A DNA stretch of 64,000 nt from Schmidtea polychroa. Lineage: Eukaryota. Under the pieces are notes generated by a model. The model made no database searches, was not told the DNA's origin, and worked only from the letters and a program-made list of their open reading frames with translations. Location of the stretch: assembly GCA_044892525.1 (NCBI GenBank), contig CM097885.1, forward strand, positions 15,440,001 to 15,504,000, given 5' to 3'. A program made the translations under genes and the position numbers. This document shows, one piece after another, positions 26,508 to 64,000 of the stretch. How positions within the stretch are numbered: position 1 is the first letter of the stretch; the number at the start of each line of letters is the position of its first letter.

Positions 26508-27032
26508 CTATATATAATGAGTTTATCTCAATACTATACCAAAAGCATTAAATCATTACAAATTATTTTATTGATATATATTATTATTAAACAAACAAAT
26601 TTGCTTATCCTATCAGGACGAAAATTTTACAATCCTGCAATACTTTATTTGATAAGTAAACATCAATCGTAATTAGTTAAATAAAAATTATATTAAAACT
26701 AAACTATTAGTTACAATTTGTTTCCATAGTAACATTTCAAGGTGAAATATATAGTTTCTTTTAAAACTCATTTCGGTAATAATATTCAAATGTTTTACAA
26801 GTATTTATTAATAACTTTCAGATATATACATCTAAATTTTATTTATAATTCAATATATAGATAACAATATCGTGCATACCCAAATTCCCATTAAATGCAT
26901 TTATAATTGAACAATAATTCATACAAATCAAAAACACAAGTTTTAAATAAATCTATTTGCAGGTAAAAGATAAACAATTTCTACTTGATTCTAATGATTG
27001 AAACTTTAAAAATATAAAATTTAGTAAAATTT

Positions 27033-27617
27033 CTATTGTTTTGATTTCAAAAGGTTAATATCATCGATTAAATAGTTTTCAAGAGTCTTAAAAGCTTTCT
27101 CAAGATCATTGTTGATAACTATTAAATCAAATATTCCAGGAGTTTTGGAGAATTCCATGTCCACTTTAGATCTCAATAATCTAGCTTGTAATTTTTCCTC
27201 CGTTTCGGTTCCTCGATCTCGTAATCTTTTTTCTAAAACTTCATAACTTGGTGGACTGATGAAAACAAATCGAGCGTTGAGATCACTCTTTTTCACAGCT
27301 TTCACACCTTCCATTTCAATGTCTAAAACACAAATCTTTCCGGAACTTTGGACCTTTTTAACGGCATCTAGACTTGTTCCGTATATATTTCCAGCAAATT
27401 CTGCATGTTCTAAAAATTTTCCTTCTGCTATCAATTGTTTCATCGTATCATGAGGTACAAAATGATAATCTTTTCCATCTTGCTCCCCGGGACGTGGGCC
27501 TCTTGTTGTATGTGAAACACTAAATGCAAAGCAATTTTCATGCTTCTCCATTAACTTTGTTAATAAAGTGCTTTTACCACATCCGGATGGACCATTTAAA
27601 ACTAATGGGCGGATCAT
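27033..27617 (-). CDS. GUK1: Guanylate kinase, copy 1
   Basis: 194 aa with P-loop GPSGCGKS, GMP-binding SVSHTTRGPRPGEQDGKDYHF, EHAEFAGNIYGT and LEKRLRDRGTE. A TTTAG acceptor 12 nt upstream of the ATG suggests an upstream exon. Confidence 0.95.
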   Translation of the reverse strand: MIRPLVLNGPSGCGKSTLLTKLMEKHENCFAFSVSHTTRGPRPGEQDGKDYHFVPHDTMKQLIAEGKFLEHAEFAGNIYGTSLDAVKKVQSSGKICVLDIEMEGVKAVKKSDLNARFVFISPPSYEVLEKRLRDRGTETEEKLQARLLRSKVDMEFSKTPGIFDLIVINNDLEKAFKTLENYLIDDINLLKSKQ

Positions 27618-30217
27618 TCTCGTTAGAATCTAAAAATGAATAAAACATAAATTTTTTATCATTAATCTTCGCATTTTAGTTTAGAAAATAAAACAACTTT
27701 TTTAATTGTAACTTTCTTATCAAAAATGAAACAATGAAAATAAAGTCTATTATTTCATACAATTAAATGAGTACAATTATGTATAATTAAATTCTTAAAA
27801 AATAAATTTTATTAGTCAAAATTTTAGCTAATCATATATCAGATATTTGTGAAAGTGCATTAGTTGTTTTTTATCACGGAATGTTATGTAATAAAACAAA
27901 TGACTTTATTTAACCGTAATTTACAATATTTATATAAAGTTTCATTATTTGAAAATAAAAGTTATTGAATTTATACTGAAATAGGTTCAAATCTTAAATA
28001 ATTTATAATTAGTTGAAATACTTTTTTAAAAATCTATTTTTATAGACTTGTCATATCAAAGAACAAAATAGGTAGTCATTTATTCTTAAAGATCAAAAAG
28101 AAAGCATGACTTATTTGAATTTAAATATATAAAAAAGAAACTAACAAACACAAATTTCTATGAATAAGGTATCTAAAATTATTTTCTGTATAGCTGATCT
28201 AAAATTCTTTAAAATTATTTTTCTGACCCCAGGTCCATTTGGATATTAAAGTATTAATTACTTAAAAACTGATTTTTTATGATTTTTGTTTGAATTCGTC
28301 AGTATCATAACATTTAAAAGTGCATAAAGTTCAATTAAAATACAAATAAAACATAACAAGTGCTGGGTTTATGACAAGGAAGTTAATTTATACAAAATAC
28401 AGAAAAACGACTACTGGTGGGTTACGAGTAGAGAAACATTCTATGTATGTTCTTGTAAACGTCCGCCATGTCGCTACATAACTCTTCATAACTATCAAAT
28501 TTACCGCTAAATACCTGTCTCAAGTGATGTTGCCGTGCAATTTAATGAGTGGCGTCAGCAAAAGATGAGTAAAACTTTTGAATTTAATTATAACTGCTTA
28601 TAAAAATGTTATTTAATCTAATTTCTGTATATTTTAGATGTCAAAATAAAAGAATTAAGTGATAAAATACGTTGCCAAATTGTTGATAGTCATAATAATG
28701 GTCATTTCCTTAGTACTCAAGCACAACAAGTTCGTGTTGCTCGGTCAATAATCTTTTCTAGCGAGCCTCACAACCCGGGATTCTTTAATTGGTCTGCATC
28801 GGGCGTGCTCTTTGCGGCCATGGTTACACCTGCTAGTAGGCTGTGACTGATTACTAGCCAGCTCGGTTGGAAATATCTCAAGGAATGAAATTGGAGCTAC
28901 GTTGGAGCTTAATTGGATGGTGTGTTCATCGTTGTTGTTTTGATGTCTGCCAGCATCCAGCTGGCGGATCAGATACCTCAGGGTTTAAATCTCGACGTCA
29001 TTCTACGTAACTGGCCTTTGCAGATACGAAAAAGTCTGCATCTTTTTTTTCGCATTGCCAAGGGCGGGAACTGTTGGCTTCCATCTTCCGACATTTATTC
29101 TTCAACCTCTGAATTTTCGTGAGCTCCTTTGTATCTTTCAGTTCGAGGTGAAAACTATCGGTGATTCGTTCAATTAAATCAAATTTATTCAATTTAAATG
29201 CATGATCATTGATCATCCTTTGGCAAATAAATGTTTACAAAAAATGATTTCTCGAACCCCGCAAAATACTCGTTCAAATCAAAGTTTGCGTCATGTCTAT
29301 GATATTTTTGGTCGCGATCAGATTCCGTCTCATCGACTTTACCCATCATGCAGAACATAATACCTATTGGTATCATTCATTTTCATTAAGCAAATTCATA
29401 ACCTTGATTAAAACACACCATCTTATTTAAATAATAATCATAAGAGTAAAATAAATTTATTGGTGACCCAAAGGCTCAATGTTAACAATTTTTCATTGTT
29501 AGAAATTACTACCTCTGTCCAAAAATGATAGTCCAGTTGCATTTTAGTCTTCTTCCCAAAATGATTGTCAATAGATAATATAAAAAATTGAACGGTTTTG
29601 TAAAACCTTTTACAGTAAAAACACATTAAATAATTTTATTTTATTGATTGAACAAATAACAAAACTGCATTTTAAGTATCACTGTTACGTATAAAAGAAA
29701 TTACGATTTAAAGTCAAACTGGACTATCATTTTTGGATAAACACGGTTTCATTATAAATATTGAATTTGGATCTTTAAAGAATTTTTCATATATATTTAA
29801 AATGATGATTTATACAAAAAATGTTTTTAAATAGTTTAGAAATTTTTTGATATTAATAATGTTTAAAAAATTTTATTATTTTTAAATAGAATTTAATTGT
29901 GGTTCAAAATTAATTTAATTTAAAAATTTTAAAAATTTATAAAATGATAATAATATCTTTTTAAAATTTTTATATTTATTAAAATGTTTTTCTGAATTTG
30001 ATAATGATTAAAATATCTAAATTATATTTTAAAATATATTAATTTTATTCTTAATTATATTCAAAATTGTTTAAAAATCATATTAAAAGTAATTTTCATT
30101 TTATTGAAATGTTATGTTAATTTTTGTTTGTTTGAATGTTATGTTTATCTGTCCTGTAACAAATTCAAGCTTTAAACATTGATAATAATGTTGTAATTAA
30201 ATGTTTTTGCAATTTAA

Positions 30218-30450
30218 CCGTTTGTGGACGAAATTAATTTATTAATATATTATATTTTAGCATAAATTTTTTTTTATTATACGAATGCTTGATATCGTGT
30301 TATGATTTTTTTAAAGTTTGGCCAGCACAGCTGGTCATTATACATTGTTAAACATCTGGAACCAAATTCGTGGCCAAAATCTCTGGTCTACCGTTCGTAA
30401 CCGTATAAGCAATTTAAGGCCAGCGCTGCTGGCCTACCGTCCGCGAACGG
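30218..30450. mobile_element. piggyBac-type MITE
   Basis: TTAA on both sides. Ends are CCGTTTGTGGACG and (reverse complement) CCGTTCGCGGACG. Confidence 0.7.
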
Positions 30451-30773
30451 TTAAAATATTTAGTTTCAGATAAAAATATTCTTTAACAAATTTATTACTC
30501 CTTAGTTTATGTATTATTTTTACGAGTTAATTGTTAGTATTGAATAATTTTTATTATTAATTTAACTACATAAATTATTTTAATTTTAAATTAATTTTAA
30601 TATTAAATTAATTTAAATTTTATTTAAATAATTATTTAAAATTTTTATTACTTGATTTATTTATTTTGTAAGGAAAATTAAATAATTCAAATTCAAAATA
30701 ATAAAATAAAATATAATTTGTTCAAATAATATTAATTTATTATTATATATTTTCAATTCTAAATTTAAATAAA

Positions 30774-31358
30774 ATGATTCGTCCATTAGTTTTAAACGGC
30801 CCGTCTGGAACTGGTAAAAGCACTTTATTGAAAATGTTAATGGGAAAACATGAAAATTGCTTTGCATTTAGCGTATCTCACACAACAAGGGTGCCACGCC
30901 TTGGTGAACAAGATGGAAAAGATTACCACTTTGTGTCTCGCGATAAGATGAAACAATTGATAGAAGAAGGAAAATTTTTAGAACATGCAGAATTTGCTGG
31001 AAATATATACGGAACAAGTCTAGATGCAGTTAGAAATGTCCAGAGTTCCGGAAAGATTTGTGTTTTAGACATTGAAATGGAAGGCGTGAAAGCTGTGAAA
31101 AAGAGTGATCTCAACGCTCGATTTGTTTTCATCAGTCCACCAAGTTATGAAGTTTTAGAAAAAAGATTACGAAAACGGGGAACTGAGACGGAAGAGAAAT
31201 TACAAGCTAGATTATTGAGATCTAAAGTGGACATGGAATTCTCCAAGACTCCAGGAATATTTGATTTAATATTCATTAATGATGACCTTGAAATTGCTTT
31301 TAAAATTATTGAAGATTTTTTAATTGATGATATTAATCTTTTGAAATCGGAGCAATAG
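30774..31358 (+). CDS. GUK1: Guanylate kinase, copy 2
   Basis: Intact 194-aa ORF with GPSGTGKS and SHTTRVPRLGE; paralog of copy 1. Confidence 0.92.
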   Translation: MIRPLVLNGPSGTGKSTLLKMLMGKHENCFAFSVSHTTRVPRLGEQDGKDYHFVSRDKMKQLIEEGKFLEHAEFAGNIYGTSLDAVRNVQSSGKICVLDIEMEGVKAVKKSDLNARFVFISPPSYEVLEKRLRKRGTETEEKLQARLLRSKVDMEFSKTPGIFDLIFINDDLEIAFKIIEDFLIDDINLLKSEQ

Positions 31359-32144
31359 AAGCTTTGACTGCAAGATTTTTATATATTTTATTTTATTTTT
31401 CGCAATTCCAATATCGAGACTCAACATTATCCTCCCCCATCTTACTTATTATTGAAATATAAATTAATTTGTTTTAATATTATTTTTTAATTTATTTTAA
31501 TTAGTGTAGAATTAATGTTAAAATATGAAATGAATTGGAAATATTAAATATGTGTGAATAACATATTTTAGAATCTGAAAAATGGTTCAAATTCTTTACT
31601 TATAAATGCCTTGATGGGCAAATGATATAACATGATTTAGTATATATATATATATGTTTCAAATTTTTATAATTTTATCATAATAATTTCTTTGAATTTT
31701 TGCACCAGAATATTGTTTTGGAGGTTTTAACCGGTTTGCACCGCCTGGTTTCCATTTTTTGTGGTGATAATAATGGAATCTAAAACATTTATGATGACTG
31801 CTATATTTATTTTTTGTGTTAAAAATTTAAAGAAATTTTTTTTTGTTCAAATATTGACCTGAATTCAGCGAAAAACTGAAATTGTGTTTTGAAATTTGAT
31901 TTAGTGAATTTAAAATAGAAATTATTTGTTTTCAAAATTACTTTTACAATTGCAAGATATATTAACGGAAGCAACCCAAAATTCGTGTCTAAAAACAATT
32001 GGTCTAAACTCATTTCTGAATTGAACCACACAAAAGCATCTACTCTATCTCTCAATGATTCATGCTCGATTGACAAGTTCTCACTAGATTTAACTAAATT
32101 ACTGGGGATTTATGATCCCGCTGGATATTTCAAATATTCACTGA

Positions 32145-32438
32145 TTGGCTATTTCGTCACGGATTATATTTCTTCTGGAAAGAAGATCAAAGTGTGACAG
32201 AGAAAGAGAATCTAGTAAACGAAAGAATAGTTATGATTGCATTGTTGACAACAACCTGTTTGTAATCAGTTTAACTACTAAACAGAAAGGAATAAATGAA
32301 ATTCTCAGATTAACCGGTGTTGAAATGCCAAAAAGACTTGAACCAAAAGGAACATTTGACATCCAAAAACCTTTTAGCTCAATTCCAATGGAACGATATT
32401 CAAACCAATCATTTTCAACGCATTTCAACAAAAGTTAA
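32145..32438 (+). pseudogene. Decayed 40S ribosomal protein S6-like fragment
   Basis: RIIFLLERRSKCDRERESSKRKNSYDCIVDNNLFVISLTTKQKGINEILRLTGVEMPKRLEPK aligns by eye with eS6 [65 protein letters not shown]. The N- and C-terminal parts are missing. Confidence 0.7.
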
Positions 32439-32676
32439 ATAATTATATTTTCCTTTAATTTATGGCAAACTAAAGAAAATACATCAAACCCAAAATATTA
32501 TAATTAATGATAATGGTTTCGATAGTTTCTCAGGGTTAGGTAGGTAATCTTTATGGTAATCTTACCGCATTTAATCTCCATTCTTTACAAGCCTAAATGA
32601 TTTTCAGAAAATTCATGTCATAATTTTTCAATGTCAAGAATATTTTGCTTACACTTATTGTAAGGAGAATATTTAT

Positions 32677-32910
32677 CATTGGTGGAACTTCAAAATTTGG
32701 GCCCCCCCGCAATGTAAAATATTTCCACTTAAATTTTTCGGTTAAAGTTTAATACATAGTTATTCACAGCAGCCGCTATTCAATGATAGTTTTATGTTTG
32801 TAGGCAAATATAACTGCGGGAAAAAAGTTTCAGAAAATGATTGTAAATATTTTTTTAGTAATAATTTTAGTAATAATCGCAGGGTCCCTCGTCCACTAGT
32901 TACGCCACTG
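32677..32910. mobile_element. hAT-type MITE
   Basis: 8-bp TSD ATATTTAT. Ends are CATTGGTGGAACT and (reverse complement) CAGTGGCGTAACT. Confidence 0.7.
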
Positions 32911-33385
32911 ATATTTATATAATAATTAATTATTAATTATATTTAATTTGTGCATTAATAGTTATCAACGTAAGATTGTAATGAGTGATGAATTAATAAA
33001 TTATGATGAATTTCTCAAAATATGAAAACATTATTTCTCCAACAATTTATTATCTTGTTTAAATAATACATATTGCTTGGCTCGAATTCTAAATGACTCG
33101 TTCAAATTCTAACATATATAATTTTTAGGAAATTTATTTTGATAGTATAATTCCCATTCAAACGGGGATTTGATCCCAATACATGTATAAATTGGTGATT
33201 ATCCCAATAACGTCCTGAGTCAATTGTAACCTTTCGGTTTGCCGAGTCTCCTATAACACATGGATAAAAGAATCATTTAAACAATTATAAAATATTATGA
33301 TATAAAAGAAAAACACAGCAATTTCATTTCAAAATAGAGAAATATAATTGTTATCAGATACAGTGAGTCTTGGCCAAATTACCTT

Positions 33386-60889
<27,504 letters not shown>

Positions 60890-61759
60890 CTAAAGAAAAA
60901 TGTTATTTTAAATACCGTTCCAATTTTTTAAAAGTAATAAGTAGGGTAATAACTATTCCAATTATTTTTCGTAACGAAACTGAAACCCCTTACATTCGAG
61001 GAGCAATTGTATGCAGATGATAGTAGCAACATTAATTTTTTGAAAAATTGAAAATAAGTTTACGGAAAATATTTTAAAAATACAAATAACTTTAATTAAA
61101 TAAAATCATCAAATAAAGTGGTAAATATATGCCTTACCAAAGTGGTTCTCAATTATATATAAAAGCGCGGAACACCATTCACATGATTTTTTTACGCGGA
61201 ACACTGACAAAAAAATAATTGCCCACAATGAGTGACCAATCACAAATTACTATAAATCTGTCGTAAACGTAAACAATGCATTCTTATAAGCAAAGGAAAT
61301 ACCACGCGCAACAATAACAAGCAATAAAAACTCTTTTATATTTGTATGTTTATATATATGTGTAACGGCTTTCTTATTGAATCATCTTATAAAAAAATTA
61401 ATTGAGGTTTTTGATGATATGTATCTTAAATGCAAATTTAGAGATAAAATGTCATTTTTCTCGCGAAACACTGCCTTATCATGATATCCATTTCGGAATT
61501 AGTGATTCTAATGGTCATTAGGTGGTAACAATGTTCTAGCGAGAGTACATTCGTTCATTCAATAAAAATTTGCTTCTTTCAATTTCTTTAATAAATAACT
61601 GAAACTCGCATTTTTATTCATGAAAATATATATTTTTACATGTAAAACTTGCTTAACTTGCTTAACAATTATTTATATATTCGGTGTACCCATAAGTAAT
61701 CAATTATTTAAGTGGCAACATAAAAAAGAATTTAACTACATTTAATTTTATTTTTAATC

Positions 61760-62040
61760 GATTATATAATCTCCATCGTTATCTAGGACCTTTTGCCATC
61801 TTGTTGGTAGACTTTCAATTCCCTTTTCATAAAATTCAGTATCCTTTAAAGAAAAATATGCTTCTAGGTCAGTTAGAACATCATTACCAATTTTAAAATT
61901 TTTATTCTTCAAGAAACGTTTTAATGTTCCATGGACCGGAATAAATAAAAATCGGATGGTGCTATGTCTAAGGAATATGAGGGATGTGGTAAAACCTATT
62001 ATATTTTTAAGAATTTAGATTTGTTTGCATGTATTACAGT
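61760..62040 (-). mobile_element. Mariner transposase C-terminal remnant
   Basis: HPSYSLDIAPSDF...KDTEFYEKGIESLPTRWQKVLDNDGDY. Confidence 0.75.
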
Positions 62041-62490
62041 GATAGAATTCCGTATATATATAAATTTTAAAAAATTTCAATTTCAATACAACTGTTTTAT
62101 TTTAATTTGATTATGATAGTTTCATTTCATTTTTAAGTTTTTAGAGCAGCTTATTAATGATTAAAATATAAAATTAACATAATCAAATTAAAATAAAACA
62201 CTATTGAGTTAAATGATAAGGTCACGTGAATAATAATATAAAGGTCTCTACCATATTGATATCAAATTATTTTAAATTTTCTTTTAAATAATTTGAATAT
62301 TTGTTGGGGTTTGGCTTGTTCAGAGCGCAAGATTATTAGACGTACAAAGGCTAGAACAATATGTATAATAATAATTATAGACAAATAGTAAGAATAATTG
62401 TTAAAAATAGTAATAGTTTGTAACTTAAAATAAATTATAAATAAAAATAGTATCATCAAATTACTACATTTAGATAAATACTTATTATAG

Positions 62491-62550
<60 letters not shown>

Positions 62551-62553
<3 letters not shown>

Positions 62554-64000
62554 GGGCGCGCCGAGCTGTTAGGCCGCTTGAGTGCAAAATAATTTCCCGC
62601 CGCTCTTCATCCTTGCTGCAAAAAGTTTCTATAATCCAAAATAAAAATAACATTTAATTAAAGTAAAAATTAAACTAACTACGGAAGAACACACATATCA
62701 CATACAATAGTTTATGAAAATTATAGTTTATTAATGACAAAACAGATAAGTTTAGGAAAGTTATAGTTTAGTACACACAAACAATAGAAAGTTTATGAAA
62801 TTAATAGTTTACTACTCATACAAAAGAGGCTTTTCTCTCCTTGTTCAAAGCAAATTGTGAAATTAAGTCATGCATATCTAAATTATCCCGGATTTCATGT
62901 TCTATTGAAATTATTGATATATTACTTAAACGTTCCTGGAGCATAGTTGATCGTAAATAATTTTTAATTATCTTCAATTTTGAAAACGATCTTTCACCTG
63001 TTGCAACTGAGATTGGTAATGTTAATAGAATTCTGGTCACAATAAATATATTTGGGAATGTTGCCTGAAGATCATTTTGTAAAATATATAATAATATAGA
63101 TTGAGGTTTAATATCTTCTTTTAAAAATACCTTTATAGTTTTTATCTCTTCGAATAAATCAATTCCATTAATATCGGACTCATTTCTTTGTTCGTCAGTT
63201 AATTTCAAATGTAAATCTTTGCAGCTTTTCAAAAGTATTTCTTCTGTTATATCTTTAATATTATACATAAATCCAAATATATCATTAGACGATTTTAACG
63301 CTTCGAATCTTGTTGTAATTGATACTAATGCTTGGTCGATAATGCAGAAATAAAATTTAATTTTAAAATTTGTTTTTGGATCTAATATTGGTTCATCCTT
63401 GCCTTCATAATCAAAATTTGTTGTTTTTCTTCTTACTCTTAAACTTGAAACTTCTGGAAATTTAGGTTCTACGTGTAATTTTTCGGCTAATTCACTAGAT
63501 GATGTAAGCATTTTTTCAAATCCATTATCATTACGACAATTTTTAAAAAACTCTATTAAATCATCTAACGCGGTAACGCTTCTATTGATATCGGTGTTTG
63601 GGTTCTGTAATATTTGACTAACAACATTAATTTTCATTAAAATTTCATGCCAAATAACAATGGAACATAAATAACGATAACTTGATATTTTTAGTGAAAG
63701 AGAATTTGCCACATGTCTGGTTTTAAAGTCAATCAATTGATCATTTGATATTTCAAGAAGAGATTTATAAATTTGTTCAGTATGATACCTTAGTGGTTGT
63801 ATGGCATCAATTCTACTTGACCACCTTGTATCGCTCAGGGGTTTTAATTTTAAATTCGGTAAATATTTTACTATTATCGCCCATCTTTTGACGCCGAAAA
63901 AACTACATATATTTCTTGTACTAAATCAAAAAATGTTACTGTTTCATGTGAAATATGTGCCGCATCATTAACAACTAAATTTAAGCTATGAGCAGAACAT
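62551..64000 (-). mobile_element. hAT transposon (ZMYM1-like type), 3' half; continues past the window
   Basis: Terminus CAGGGGCGCGCC lies next to (TA)n. ORF 62816-63736 has the hATC motif LTLPISVATGERSFSKLKIIKNYLRSTMLQERL. Upstream are CSAHSLNLVV and LSDTRWSSR, with a frameshift near 63890. Confidence 0.9.

Overview
AT-rich, intron-containing animal genomic DNA with abundant (ATT)n and (TA)n microsatellites. The taxon cannot be fixed from the sequence. Host genes are the 3' part of a kintoun/DNAAF2-like gene (+ strand, five exons, 373-24842), three guanylate kinase CDSs, the 3' part of a multi-exon EFCAB6-like gene (- strand, about 33386-60889) and a decayed RPS6-like fragment. The introns are packed with transposon remnants: Penelope-like, piggyBac, hAT, Mutator, pogo/Tigger, mariner and a Helitron-like end. 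Two things stand out. (1) A 13.6-kb non-coding element (6243-19829) that is almost entirely one palindrome, with arms of about 6.6 and 6.3 kb around a 671-bp spacer. It has Polinton/Maverick-type termini (AGTAGTAG...CTACTACT) and a perfect 6-bp target duplication (CGCCAC), and lies inside a DNAAF2 intron. (2) Several hammerhead-ribozyme motifs: one canonical type I hammerhead (56167-56219, sense to the EFCAB6-like pre-mRNA) and minimal or variant hammerheads tied to Penelope-type repeats. All calls come from manual reading; no database searches were run.
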